Shown: positions 45,914 to 56,402 of the stretch, one piece after another | How positions within the stretch are numbered: the first letter of the stretch is position 1 | Layout of the letters: every line of letters begins with the position of its first letter | IMG/VR virus record: IMGVR_UViG_3300020583_000016 | Strand: one strand, 5' to 3' | Length of the DNA: 64,000 nucleotides | DNA from: an uncultured virus (IMG/VR IMGVR_UViG_3300020583_000016) | Lineage: Duplodnaviria; Heunggongvirae; Uroviricota; Caudoviricetes | Position numbers and translations under genes: made by a program | The notes under the pieces: model-generated | What the model was told of the DNA's origin: nothing | What the model saw: the letters and a program-made list of their open reading frames with translations, nothing else | Database searches by the model: none

Positions 45914-46317
45914 TGCACCGCCGGCGGGGTTGGAGGATCGGGCGTCTTACCGGATGGGGTTAGCGGCTGCGCTGGCGGGGCCAGGTCCGCGACTTCGACC
46001 CGCAACCATGGCAGATAGCCAAAGAACTGGTAAAGGAGCGCATTCGCGCTGTAACCGCCGATTCCGGCGATCGCGGTTGAAGTGATAGGAAGGCCGACGT
46101 CGGCAACTTTTCCGGCGACAGTGTGAATGATGAACCCGTAACCGAGTGCGGAGAAAAACGCGCGCGTTGCCAGGTTGACCGCGTGCATCTGAAACCAAGC
46201 TTTCAGACTGCTGAGTCCGTTGGTTTTCGACTTTACAGAGTTCTGCGCTTGCGCCAGGACGAAGAGAACCCAACCCAGAACAAACACGGAAATATTGAGA
46301 ATCTCGCTTTTGTTCAA
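45910..46317 (-). CDS. Three-TM membrane protein (holin-like)
   Basis: Homologue of 11793..12191; TTG start. Confidence 0.6.
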   Translation of the reverse strand: MNKSEILNISVFVLGWVLFVLAQAQNSVKSKTNGLSSLKAWFQMHAVNLATRAFFSALGYGFIIHTVAGKVADVGLPITSTAIAGIGGYSANALLYQFFGYLPWLRVEVADLAPPAQPLTPSGKTPDPPTPPAVQ

Positions 46318-46636
46318 GGGTTCGGGACTCCAAGCCGTTTCAGTTCTTCCCGTAAGATCCGGATGCGTGCTTCTGCCGACTTTCTTAAAAACCAGCTCTG
46401 GATGCTGTTTAACACCCGCTCGAGGTATGCGAGTTCGATACGCATTTCCTCCGCTGTCATCGTCCAAGCAAACCACTACGCTGGAAAATCTCTGACAGCA
46501 CCCAAGCGGCAAGGCCGATGCTGAGCAGGTTGTACCGACTTCCGCCCGGCGGTTGCGTCGGGAAAAAGCACGAAAGCACGAAGAACACGAAGGCAAAGAC
46601 AAGCAAGATGGTCACAATCATTCGGTGTTCCCCTTT

Positions 46637-47800
46637 CTATGGTGATTGCACATAGGTCACGATGCCGGCCGCGGTTCCCCCGGCGCCGGTTGCGGTCAGA
46701 CACAATGCGTTCGCGGTCGGCACCTTCATCACATAACCCACACCGACCGAATAGGAAAACGGCTGGCTTGCGGTTACTCCCATTGCGCCGGTGAGGTTGG
46801 TCGTACCTGTCCCGCAACTTGAGCCGGTGCCGTACACCCACTGCAGCGTGCCTGCGGTCGCAATCTGCGATAGCTGGTAACCGCACACGTAAATCGAATT
46901 CAGGGTTTGCGCTGCGATGATCTGTGTGGTTCCCGCGGCCGCGGCTATGACGGCGACACTTTGCTTCGGCAAGGATCCGGACTGACAAGGATCGTTGACC
47001 GCGTGATTTGAGAGCCCTGGCACCGCAAAAACGTATTCACCGGTGATCGTGGTTCCCCCGCCGGGCGCGGTATAGGCAACCGTGGCGAAAGGACACGCGG
47101 TATCGGGAATTTGAAAGGCCTGGCCGCTCGAGCTATTTGCGAGTGTGACGTTAAGGGGCTGCGTTCCCGCGGTCGAGAACGTTCCTCCGAACCCGGTCAC
47201 CGTGGAGCAAGTGATGGTGAGAGTTCCGCCGGCGATCGCGGTGCCGTATTTGAAAAAGTAAGTGCCGGCGCTCGAGCCGAACGGAGTCTGAAAGGTGTCG
47301 GTTTCGTTCACCGTCGCATCGGCGCCGTTGTACTCCACTTTGTCGATCTGGCCGGCAAGATACGAACCGTTGTCCTCGTTGAAGGTTGCCCACGCACCGC
47401 TATAGGAGAGTGTGAAAGTTGCGGTGTTCGGGCTGCAGGTCACAACGATTTGCGCTTTGGGATAGTAGCCGGTTCCTTTCAGCGTTCCTGAAGTAAACAG
47501 GAATCCGGCGCCCGAGGGCTCGAGCACGTCTGAGATCTGCACGATGTTGCCGGACCGGTCGACTCCATCGATCACGGCTTGAAACTTCGTCGCGCCGGTG
47601 ACCGCGGTAAAACTCGCATAGTGCTGCGTCTGCCCTAGATTCTGAATCGGGAAAGTCTGCGCGGATCCGGTACAAGTTGCGTTTGTCGCAAGGGTCTGCT
47701 GTTCGGTTTGTGGTGCCACGTAGCCGATGAACTGCGCGTGCGCGACATCTGCGACAAACGCAACAAACGCAACAAACGCAACTAGGAAACTCTTTCGCAT
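46637..47800 (-). CDS. Beta-rich exported structural protein
   Basis: Homologue of 12497..13651. Confidence 0.75.
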   Translation of the reverse strand: MRKSFLVAFVAFVAFVADVAHAQFIGYVAPQTEQQTLATNATCTGSAQTFPIQNLGQTQHYASFTAVTGATKFQAVIDGVDRSGNIVQISDVLEPSGAGFLFTSGTLKGTGYYPKAQIVVTCSPNTATFTLSYSGAWATFNEDNGSYLAGQIDKVEYNGADATVNETDTFQTPFGSSAGTYFFKYGTAIAGGTLTITCSTVTGFGGTFSTAGTQPLNVTLANSSSGQAFQIPDTACPFATVAYTAPGGGTTITGEYVFAVPGLSNHAVNDPCQSGSLPKQSVAVIAAAAGTTQIIAAQTLNSIYVCGYQLSQIATAGTLQWVYGTGSSCGTGTTNLTGAMGVTASQPFSYSVGVGYVMKVPTANALCLTATGAGGTAAGIVTYVQSP

Positions 47801-47805
47801 GCCTT

Positions 47806-48321
47806 CTAAGTCCAGATGTTTGAATCTTCGAGTTCGCGCGGGTAGAGATAGCCACACAACCGCGCGCCGGCTAGCTGGCCGGCAACTACGATTCCCCCGT
47901 TCGGGCCGGCGGGGTTGTTAAAGATCGTTACCGAGATCACTTGATTTTCGAAAATGCGAAAGCCGGAAATCTCGGTCGGGTTGGCCGGCGAACCGAGTGA
48001 TGCGGGAATCGCGGCATAACTGTTCGCGGCCGGCGGGGGAGCTCCGTCGACTAGGATCCGCCAGAGAATGTCTCCGGTTCCCTCGGTCCATCCACCACCG
48101 ACGAAGTTATTCGCAACTTTGTTGATCACACCGTTCCGGCCGATCGGGACGGTGAACTTCAGAATCGTTGCCTCTGCGTTGATCGCCGGCAGAGTCACGT
48201 AAGCGATCTGATCGATGTTTTCCCAATTGATTGGCGGATAGATCCACAGAGGCAAGCCCGTTCCCGCCATCTCGGGCGTGGGTGGATACATCCGGCGTAC
48301 GCTGCGGCTGCTTTGTAACAC
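47806..48321 (-). CDS. Predicted jelly-roll-like structural protein
   Basis: Homologue of 13662..14228. Confidence 0.5.
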   Translation of the reverse strand: MLQSSRSVRRMYPPTPEMAGTGLPLWIYPPINWENIDQIAYVTLPAINAEATILKFTVPIGRNGVINKVANNFVGGGWTEGTGDILWRILVDGAPPPAANSYAAIPASLGSPANPTEISGFRIFENQVISVTIFNNPAGPNGGIVVAGQLAGARLCGYLYPRELEDSNIWT

Positions 48322-48879
48322 TTACTCTCCTATGCTCAGAACCGGGCCGCCTGGGAAATCGGGCACTCCTGGCCGCGGTTCGTTGAATCGCATGGCTAGA
48401 CCGTAAAACATCATTTCGATGGTGTTGGTCACGGTTTCAAAGTTCTGTACCACCACAAGAAGCTGTGAGTCGGGTTCGTCGAAGGGATACGGCTCACGCA
48501 AGAAAAACGGTGATCTCGGTCCGCCTCCGTTATCGCCGCCGATGTTGGCGCGCATCACTCCGCGATCGGCAAAGCGGAGTTGCTTTTTGGTGTCATAGAA
48601 CTGCGCGCGGAATCCGCCGTTGACATTCGACGTCGAGGTTGTGCCGATGGCGAGCAGTGTGAAATGACGTTGCAGGTTCACGCGCGCCTGTTGGGTGTCA
48701 CGTGCGGCGAGAACAAAGTTCACGGCTTCCCAATCGGGACCCATTCCTTTCAGGTCACCGCATGGGGGATGTTTTTCTCCCATGCGGTACACCTGAACCT
48801 GATAGCGGAATAGGGGCAGCATCCGCGCGAGGGGATGCGTGAGCGTATGCCGCAACGTGTATGGTTTGACTCCTGGCAC
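48322..48879 (-). CDS. Predicted jelly-roll-like structural protein
   Basis: Homologue of 14229..14771. Confidence 0.5.
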   Translation of the reverse strand: MPGVKPYTLRHTLTHPLARMLPLFRYQVQVYRMGEKHPPCGDLKGMGPDWEAVNFVLAARDTQQARVNLQRHFTLLAIGTTSTSNVNGGFRAQFYDTKKQLRFADRGVMRANIGGDNGGGPRSPFFLREPYPFDEPDSQLLVVVQNFETVTNTIEMMFYGLAMRFNEPRPGVPDFPGGPVLSIGE

Positions 48880-48893
48880 TTAGTTCACCCGCC

Positions 48894-49364
48894 TTAATTA
48901 ACCTTGGGTCTAGGCCACAGTTTGAAACCGTTGAAAACCACCTGAACGGTGTTCGTTGCTCCGCTCGCATCTGTAAACAGAAGCGAGTACACACGTGTGG
49001 CCGGCATGATGTAGGGCACCGCCAGGGGGAAGGCCGCGGCTGCCTGTGCGGTTCCCGCCCAGAGGTCGATATTGATGCCGTTGAACGTGGTCGCGCCCGA
49101 TGTCGCACTCGCGGTGGTACCGATGAAATCGCGCCCGGTGGCTTGTTCTTTCATCAGCACTTTGAGCAAGTTCGATGTGCGCGAAGCTTCCACCCACCAC
49201 CATTCAAAATCGGCGTCGCTCAAAATCTGCAACTGGTTCGGATCCTGGGTTGCGTTCGCCGGCACCGCGCGATCAAGCACGTATTGAAAAAACTGCCGTT
49301 CAAACTGATCATCCTGATTCTGTTGCTGCGCTGGTTGCGCTTGCGTTGTTCCGTCTCCGTACAT
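48894..49364 (-). CDS. Predicted jelly-roll-like capsid protein
   Basis: Homologue of 14781..15254. Confidence 0.55.
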   Translation of the reverse strand: MYGDGTTQAQPAQQQNQDDQFERQFFQYVLDRAVPANATQDPNQLQILSDADFEWWWVEASRTSNLLKVLMKEQATGRDFIGTTASATSGATTFNGINIDLWAGTAQAAAAFPLAVPYIMPATRVYSLLFTDASGATNTVQVVFNGFKLWPRPKVN

Positions 49365-49460
49365 GGCTAAACCTCCTTTCCCTGAAAATTCGGCACCCGG
49401 ATCGAACCGGATTGCTGCCCGCTCCCGAGAGCAATCCGATTCGTCTCGAGTCCCTGTGGT

Positions 49461-50231
49461 TTACAGGATCGCTCGCGCCAATACTCCCTCGAGATACACG
49501 TGCAAGTTGATGCCGGTACCGACGAAGATTGTCGTGGGTGATGCTGCCAGCGTGGTGAACGCCGAAGATCCGGTGATCGTTGGATCGAGCACAACCGAAA
49601 AATTCTGGTTCTGTTCGATCAATTGACCGAGGATCGGTTCCATCGGATCGAGGCCGGGAATCTGTGGCATGGGGTCCGTGATGGTAGCGACGTTCTGCGC
49701 TGTGGGCCAACCGTTCGACGCGGTGCTTCCGAGGGTTGCTGCGGTCGGAGAGACACCACTCCAGAAACCACCGGCGCCGGCAGGACACTTGGACACAAGT
49801 GCAGTCCAATAGTCTTTGCCGCTGATCGTGAGTTGCGCCAGGGTCTGACCGATGAACGAGTTCAAGTCCTGCGGTCCAACGTCAGAACGAAGTACAACTG
49901 CTACCGCTTTCACCAGGAATTTCTTGGGAGCATCGAGCATGCCGGGTTGGACCAAGTTCGTGTGATAGAGGGTCTTTGTGAACGCGGATCCGCCCGAGGG
50001 CGTGTAAGATGCACCGATCGGCTGTGCGAACAACTGCTGTTTCGTTACCGCCGTTGCCACTGCGACGCCGTAGAAGTCATAGAGCGGCTGAACCAAGTAC
50101 TCGAGTTGCCCTGCCACAATGGGGTTGTTGCGTAGCATCTTGAGTTTTGGCCGGCCGATCTCTCTCTCTTCTATGGCGTTGCAGCGATCAAAGCGCGACG
50201 TGTAACGAGATTTAAAATTTGTTTTGACCAT
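49461..50231 (-). CDS. Probable major capsid protein
   Basis: Homologue of 15369..16139; AAAGGAGG RBS. Confidence 0.6.
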   Translation of the reverse strand: MVKTNFKSRYTSRFDRCNAIEEREIGRPKLKMLRNNPIVAGQLEYLVQPLYDFYGVAVATAVTKQQLFAQPIGASYTPSGGSAFTKTLYHTNLVQPGMLDAPKKFLVKAVAVVLRSDVGPQDLNSFIGQTLAQLTISGKDYWTALVSKCPAGAGGFWSGVSPTAATLGSTASNGWPTAQNVATITDPMPQIPGLDPMEPILGQLIEQNQNFSVVLDPTITGSSAFTTLAASPTTIFVGTGINLHVYLEGVLARAIL

Positions 50232-50307
50232 TTCTTTTCCGCCTCCTTTCGGGTCAGAATGCGCGGTTCAACCGCGAAGCTTTGAGGGAGTGCGCTATCC
50301 ACACTCC

Positions 50308-50946
50308 CTAGTAGTTGCCGGCGTAACGGCTGCGGAAACGATGGAACCCCATTCCCGCCATCTTTGCGGCTACGGCTGCCGGATGTACGGCAGTTCCGCC
50401 CGCTGCTGGCAATGCAATCGCTCCACCGGGGCCGGGAAAGAAGATCGATCCCGCTCCGCGGTTAAATGAACCGCCAGGTACGCCCGCTTGTAGGTACTGA
50501 CTGGATGACGTCGGTACCGCGAAATAGGACGGTGCGTACAGTCCAAGTCCGATCGATTGCGCAACACCGAGTTGGTGCAGTGCCTTGATGATGGTTGCCA
50601 CAAGGCCGCCTTTCACGAGTTCTTCACTCGCTTTTGCGCCTCCAACCATCTTGCCGGCAAAGCCCATTGCTACCGCCGCGGCTCCGGTTGCTGCCACTCC
50701 TGCCCATCCCTGTAAACTCGAGATGAGGCCTGAGACATACAGCGAACCGAGAGCACCGGCCGCATTCCATCCCGCATCGACCACAACCCCGCTCGATAGT
50801 CCGAACGGATTGCGTCGACGGCCGCGATGGTGATGCCGCCTTCTGTAGTGTTTCGCCATTTGGGTTGTTCTCCTTTCTTCCCCGGCACCGGCGAAATAGC
50901 TTCGCGGTGTGTAAGAGGATGGATTGAAAATTCGTATCTGAGGCAC
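50308..50946 (-). CDS. Basic-N-terminus membrane protein
   Basis: Homologue of 16227..16856. Confidence 0.75.
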   Translation of the reverse strand: MPQIRIFNPSSYTPRSYFAGAGEERRTTQMAKHYRRRHHHRGRRRNPFGLSSGVVVDAGWNAAGALGSLYVSGLISSLQGWAGVAATGAAAVAMGFAGKMVGGAKASEELVKGGLVATIIKALHQLGVAQSIGLGLYAPSYFAVPTSSSQYLQAGVPGGSFNRGAGSIFFPGPGGAIALPAAGGTAVHPAAVAAKMAGMGFHRFRSRYAGNY

Positions 50947-51234
50947 GTTTCCCTCTAAGCTGCTTCGTCGACCGGGATAACGTCTGCCTTGTTTGCGGTC
51001 ATCACGGTTTCGACTTCGATGGCCTTCCCGTCTGGTTCAACCGAGATATCCACAAGATTTGCGTCGTCGTGCACTCGCAACACGGTGCCGGTGAAGCTGT
51101 GCGATTTGTCATGTGTCTGTGTGAATCGCACTCGAGTGCCTTCGCTGATTTCGTCGTGCTCCATTTCCTTTCCCTCCGTATGTTCCGCCGGCGCTTCGGC
51201 CGGCTTGTGGGACACGCGACGTCTCTTCATGCCG

Positions 51235-51909
51235 CTACCCTCCGAACTGAAATTTCCCTTCGACGAAGTAGCCGGCAAGTCGCTCCGGATTCGAATCGTC
51301 GATCAAAAGCGCCATATGGTTGCCGGTTTCTGGATCCACCGTGCACTTGACGCGCGCAAACGTTCCGGAAGCTCCCATCAGCATGATTTGCAGGTGCGTG
51401 ATCGGATGAAGTACTCCGTACGTTCGGCCTTCGCGATTCGTAATCTTGTCTCTGACGCGATCACCGACCACGGGGCAGCCGGTGAGTAGTTGCGGAATCC
51501 GCGGTGCGGTCTCGCCGGCCGTCTTTGGAGTCCAGCGCGGATCCGGTATGTCGGGCAAAGGAATCATGCCCGTCGGTAACAGCAAGCTTTGCTGATCGTT
51601 CGATAGCGCGATAATCGGCGCGTCTTTGTGCGTCAACCAATCGAGTGTTAGCGAGCTCCACAGAATCGATTGCTGCACAGAGAACGGCACCAAGCTCGCC
51701 GGGATGTTGCCTTCCTGATTCGGGTTCGCGTACCGCGGGCGCGCCTGGCTCAGTCCTTTGGTCGAGCGCTGGCCTTCGAACAAAATCGCGGTGAGTCGGC
51801 CGATGATCCTGTATTTCCGGTCACGAATCGTTTCGCGCTGAAACTTCATCACGTCCGCGATGCGATAGCGGTTCTGAATCACAATTCCGGGTGCGGTTGC
51901 TGTTGCCAA
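51235..51909 (-). CDS. Conserved hypothetical protein
   Basis: Homologue of 17077..17757; TTG start. Confidence 0.75.
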   Translation of the reverse strand: MATATAPGIVIQNRYRIADVMKFQRETIRDRKYRIIGRLTAILFEGQRSTKGLSQARPRYANPNQEGNIPASLVPFSVQQSILWSSLTLDWLTHKDAPIIALSNDQQSLLLPTGMIPLPDIPDPRWTPKTAGETAPRIPQLLTGCPVVGDRVRDKITNREGRTYGVLHPITHLQIMLMGASGTFARVKCTVDPETGNHMALLIDDSNPERLAGYFVEGKFQFGG

Positions 51910-52030
51910 GTTCTTTCTGCTCCTCAAAAAGTTCTCAAAGGGGACGGTCCCAGGGAGAGGGTCTGTCAGACTTTCTCTGGCGGGACCGCCCCTTTGCTTG
52001 CCGGGGTGCCTGACGGCTGTCCGGACAAGA

Positions 52031-53194
52031 TCAATTGACAATCCCTTCCCGTCTCACTTCGTACGCTCCACCTTCGAACAAAATCCGTTTGTGCCGGCTG
52101 TCAAATAACACCGTTGGCCGTTCGTCCGTCTCTTCCCCGAGTTGGTGACGCCACTCGTCGTACTCGGGTTCTTTCACGTGTTCCTTGCGCTGCTTGTAAT
52201 CGATGCGGCGCGCCTCCCCAAGTTCGAAGAGGCCGTCACCGCGATCGAGCGCGCGAAACACGGAAAGCGAGCCGGATAGATCCTGATCCCCACCCACGAA
52301 ATACAAGTGCCGGGCTGATTCGTCAGAAACCAGAATGGGGCGGGGCTCTTTGAAATCGATCTGTTGCACCTGGCCGCCGGCGCGGGGTTTCACATAGAGC
52401 ACCAAGAGTTCCCCGAGTTTTGCGTAATCACCGGCCGGCATGTGGGGCTCGGTTAGCGTTTCTTCCCACTCGACCGGCATGCCGGTGAAATCTTCACGGA
52501 TGCCCGCGGCGTCCGGATTCTGCCGGCGGATCGCTTTCTTCTGCCGTGACTTCGGGCGCCGGGTCCAGGGATGAAAAACTCCCTTCTCGAAAGTTCCGAG
52601 CTCTACGTTCTTGCGGCGCTTCTTCAACAGTCCGGGGAGACTGGTTCCGATACTCGCGACGTCGAGCAGTGCACCGATGCCGGGGTTCTGTCCTGGCGCA
52701 ATTCCACCTTCCGGAATCCAGTCGTATTTGTGCTTTCCTGCGCGCGCTCGAGTCACACGCACCAGGCCCGCAACCCGTTTCTGTTTCCCTGTGCGGATCA
52801 AACCTGGCGCCTGATAGCTGGCACCCGCGGCGCGCGCGCGTAATGAACTGAACCGGTCGGGGTTCACGTTCGTGGGATTCTGCCGCGGCGTGCGGATCAC
52901 AATCGTCGTGCCGGGTGGCAGAGCAATTTCGCGTGTGTCGACTTCGCTCGGGTTCGCACCCATTACTAAAAGTTCGTGCGGGTTCTTCTGCGCTTTCTTT
53001 TTCCGTTTGATCGGGTTGGTGCGCGGGCTCATCACGATGTGCCGATAACCTTTGTTCGTGAGAGTCGACTTGATCCATGCGCCTTTGGTTTTCTTCTCTT
53101 TCGCAATCGCGTCTTTCTTGTCCTTGAACGCACCATGAAACATGTAGCCGTAGCCGGCGCCCGCGTTCTTCCGTTTTTTCGTTCGTGCTGCCAT
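52031..53194 (-). CDS. Basic core-like protein with NP motifs
   Basis: Homologue of 17875..19023. Confidence 0.75.
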   Translation of the reverse strand: MAARTKKRKNAGAGYGYMFHGAFKDKKDAIAKEKKTKGAWIKSTLTNKGYRHIVMSPRTNPIKRKKKAQKNPHELLVMGANPSEVDTREIALPPGTTIVIRTPRQNPTNVNPDRFSSLRARAAGASYQAPGLIRTGKQKRVAGLVRVTRARAGKHKYDWIPEGGIAPGQNPGIGALLDVASIGTSLPGLLKKRRKNVELGTFEKGVFHPWTRRPKSRQKKAIRRQNPDAAGIREDFTGMPVEWEETLTEPHMPAGDYAKLGELLVLYVKPRAGGQVQQIDFKEPRPILVSDESARHLYFVGGDQDLSGSLSVFRALDRGDGLFELGEARRIDYKQRKEHVKEPEYDEWRHQLGEETDERPTVLFDSRHKRILFEGGAYEVRREGIVN

Positions 53195-53935
53195 CTAGAA
53201 AAGTCTCTTCAGCAAAGGCACCGCTACCAGAAGTCCAATTCCTGCGATCGCAAGCGTTGTTGCGTTCTCGGAAACCCACGTTGTTAAATCTGGCGCCGCG
53301 GACGGTGATGTCAAACCTGGCAAAGCGAAACCGCCCGGGTTCAACACGCCGGCTGCTTGATAATTTGGAGCGGTCGAGGGGCTCTGAACCTGGGTGATCG
53401 CGTCCGTTTGTGGGAACACTCCGGCAACCGCGTAAACATAGTGGCGAACAATCGAGATCACGTCATTCACGGAAGAAAAACCCATTCCGTTCGTGACTTG
53501 CAAAACCAGTGTTACGGAAAAGGGATTGTTCATTCCGATTGCGTTGGCGATGGTTGCGCCGATGCTCGCACTCGTCGGTGCCTGTAAAACCGTAAGCTGT
53601 CCGTCTCCGTTCAATTGGCTGACTACAGCGTTCACGAGTGATTGCGGATCTTGAACGGTGGTCCAGGTGCCTTTGTAAGTAAGAATTGCGCCTGGCGGAA
53701 TCGAAGCATCTCCAAGAAATCCGAGAACGGCGCCGGCAAGCCCGTGAAGCTTGTAACCACCGGATTCGGTGAACGGTGGATTTTGTCCCATGCCGCGCAA
53801 CCGCCAGGGCGCAAACGGATGACCGGCCGGTGTCGGTTTCACTCCGCTGAGCATGGTTGCTGCGAAAGGATCGGTTTCCCCGTAGGGCCGGTAACCCTGG
53901 CGATAGAGTGAGAGGTCGTAATTGACGTAACTCAA
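53195..53935 (-). CDS. C-terminally anchored membrane protein
   Basis: Homologue of 19100..19813. Confidence 0.7.
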   Translation of the reverse strand: MSYVNYDLSLYRQGYRPYGETDPFAATMLSGVKPTPAGHPFAPWRLRGMGQNPPFTESGGYKLHGLAGAVLGFLGDASIPPGAILTYKGTWTTVQDPQSLVNAVVSQLNGDGQLTVLQAPTSASIGATIANAIGMNNPFSVTLVLQVTNGMGFSSVNDVISIVRHYVYAVAGVFPQTDAITQVQSPSTAPNYQAAGVLNPGGFALPGLTSPSAAPDLTTWVSENATTLAIAGIGLLVAVPLLKRLF

Positions 53936-54342
53936 CGTCGCCTCCCTGATGGTCCGCTGAGTAGGAGCACCGCGGCCGCGGCTGCAGCGAGAAGTAGCCA
54001 CGTGCTCGAGCTCGTACCGGTCAATGGACTAAATAGCGATGACGTCACCGGCACCGCGACGCGCGGCGAAGGGCCGGGAGTCAAACCTTTTGTGAGGCTT
54101 GAAATCGCGGATGGAATCGAACTCGCGATCGCGCTACCGGCCGACGGAATCAGACTGGTCGCACCCTGTGCGGCTTGTGCGGCTGAAACGCTTTCCGCCT
54201 CCGTCAAACCGGGGTCGTTGTACATCGGGAAATCGTTAACACTCGTGTCGAACGTCTGCGGTGTCTGAATGTCGGTGAAGAGCGGACTATCTACAAGATC
54301 ACCGAGGCCGCGGAAACTTCGACTTGAACGAACCACGTTCAT
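53932..54342 (-). CDS. C-terminally anchored protein
   Basis: Homologue of 19810..20214. Confidence 0.7.
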   Translation of the reverse strand: MNVVRSSRSFRGLGDLVDSPLFTDIQTPQTFDTSVNDFPMYNDPGLTEAESVSAAQAAQGATSLIPSAGSAIASSIPSAISSLTKGLTPGPSPRVAVPVTSSLFSPLTGTSSSTWLLLAAAAAAVLLLSGPSGRRR

Positions 54343-55193
54343 CGCATCACCAACCAAACCGCGGCGCCGATCAGAAGCAAAGGCATAAGACTTGAACCGC
54401 CGGTGATCGAACTGAGTGCGCTCGTGAGTCCGCCGCTCGCTCCGGACGGGGAGAAATCGAGGGTGTACGCTCCGCGCGTCGAAGCGCCGTAACTCGAGCC
54501 GAAAACTTGCGGAATCTCGGCAACGTACGGTCCCTGGGACGATTGCGATTGTCCCTGTACTGCGGCAACAATTCCGTTTGGTCCGGTGATGCCTGGCGTG
54601 AGTTGGTAGCAGGCGATGCAGCAACCGGCACCGATCGAACCGACACACGGTTGCTTGCCGGGAGTTTCCACCGGACAACTAGAACCACTCGAGCAACCGT
54701 TTCGCCCGGGCTGAAGTTGCGGTGTAACCACAGTCCAGTAACCCGGCATCACCGTGGCAACTGCTTGCAACACTCCGCTTGCATCGATCTGTCCGGATTT
54801 GAAAGCGGATTGAATCTGGCGTACGTCCGCGTCGAAACCCTGCACCGCGATATTCACCGCGGAGTTTTCGTTTTTCGCTTGCTTGGCGCGGAGCTCGTGA
54901 CCGGCGAGCAGGCCGGCGATGATTCCGACAATCGCACCCACACCGGCACCGATCGGGCCGGCAAAGGAACCCGCTGCGGTTGAAGCTGCGATCGCGCTCG
55001 TGCCTGCGGCTGCGATCGGCGCGGCTGCGCCGACAATTTGCGCCGCGGCGCCGAAGTATCCAAGCTGATAGATCGGGGTGTGTGGCGAGCGGACCGCGTT
55101 GCCAATTTTGTGATGTCTCCGGATCCGGTGACGGTCGAAATGCTGAACTCCCATCGAATGCAGGGGCGTGAGTGGTGCGGAAACGTTCGGCAT
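54339..55193 (-). CDS. Cys-containing membrane protein
   Basis: Homologue of 20211..21098. Confidence 0.75.
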   Translation of the reverse strand: MPNVSAPLTPLHSMGVQHFDRHRIRRHHKIGNAVRSPHTPIYQLGYFGAAAQIVGAAAPIAAAGTSAIAASTAAGSFAGPIGAGVGAIVGIIAGLLAGHELRAKQAKNENSAVNIAVQGFDADVRQIQSAFKSGQIDASGVLQAVATVMPGYWTVVTPQLQPGRNGCSSGSSCPVETPGKQPCVGSIGAGCCIACYQLTPGITGPNGIVAAVQGQSQSSQGPYVAEIPQVFGSSYGASTRGAYTLDFSPSGASGGLTSALSSITGGSSLMPLLLIGAAVWLVMR

Positions 55194-56248
55194 CACTTTT
55201 TCCCCTTCATCATGAGAATCAGGGCGAGTACTCCACCGAGTGCAACCCATTCGTTGTTGAGGCCGGGAATGATGGTCTGCTCGGAAAGCCAAGCGCTAAA
55301 CCCGCTCGTTGCCGGCACTCCGCTCGCTGATGCTGAAGCTTGCGCGAGTGAGACGCACGCGCCGGATCCCAGAGGATCGAGGGTGTAACCGCTCGCACAT
55401 TGCGGCGCGCCGGCCGTCGGCATGCACGAACCGGACGGACCGGAGTTGATGTAACCGGGCGCGCACTGTGGCGGGGGCGAATCGATCAGCGAGTAACCCG
55501 GGGTGATGCCGGGAACAATCTGCCCCTGGCTCGGCATGTAGTCGGCCGGCGATGCTGCAACCGTGGGCGCCGGCGCCGGGCTCGCCGGCGGAATCGTCCA
55601 GGGCACCATGTACTGCGGCGCGGGTGTGGCTGGTGCCGGCTGCAGGACGGTCGAGGTTGCGCCGCTCGATCTCGATGGAATCGTTGTGGGCGGTTGGTAG
55701 TCTGGTCCGAAGTACGGATAGCGCGGCTCAATCGATTCCCCGGGCATCATTCCGTACGGCCGGCGAACTGCGATCGATTGACCGACAGGAATTCCACTCG
55801 GTACCGCTCCGAGTCCTGCATAATTTCCGGGTGCTTCTGCATAACCGGGCGCGTGCTGCGTTTGCTTTCCGCGAACGACGTTGGTTCCGCCGCTCGCGTT
55901 CGGCCGCGGCCGGGTTTCCCCTGGCGAGCGATAGACGTAATCCGAGTGGGTCTGTCCTTCCCTAAACGCGGTTCCGCCCCAATTCTTGTCCCAAGGACCT
56001 TTCGAGGTTCCCTGTTGTGGCAATTGCGAGTGACCACTCGGCCGGATTTGTGGGCCTTCGGAAAGTTCACTTGGTCCGAAGGGCCATCCACCACCACCGG
56101 GCGCCCAAGATCTCAACGAATCAGGTCCGATAAAGCCATGGTATTGACCACCCACCGGGCCGCCGGGTATCGAATGACGCCAACCGCTCCACGCGAAATC
56201 GGGTGAGCTCGAGTAACCGCGGAATCCTGGCATGCGCACCCGGCTCAT
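55193..56248 (-). CDS. Gly/Pro-rich C-terminally anchored protein with extra Cys repeats
   Basis: Homologue of 21095..21982 plus CAPGY...C / CASGY...C insert. Confidence 0.75.
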   Translation of the reverse strand: MSRVRMPGFRGYSSSPDFAWSGWRHSIPGGPVGGQYHGFIGPDSLRSWAPGGGGWPFGPSELSEGPQIRPSGHSQLPQQGTSKGPWDKNWGGTAFREGQTHSDYVYRSPGETRPRPNASGGTNVVRGKQTQHAPGYAEAPGNYAGLGAVPSGIPVGQSIAVRRPYGMMPGESIEPRYPYFGPDYQPPTTIPSRSSGATSTVLQPAPATPAPQYMVPWTIPPASPAPAPTVAASPADYMPSQGQIVPGITPGYSLIDSPPPQCAPGYINSGPSGSCMPTAGAPQCASGYTLDPLGSGACVSLAQASASASGVPATSGFSAWLSEQTIIPGLNNEWVALGGVLALILMMKGKK

Positions 56249-56402
56249 GCTTCACCCTTCGAAACTACGATCGCGGCAATCTGTTCGTGCGTGAGTTGCT
56301 CGAGCTCATCACCGGTGTGGAACTGGAATTGACTTTGGCGAAGCATTTCAACCGCGTCGAGGAAATCAGAAACCGGATCCGAAGTTTGCAGGACGACGAT
56401 CA

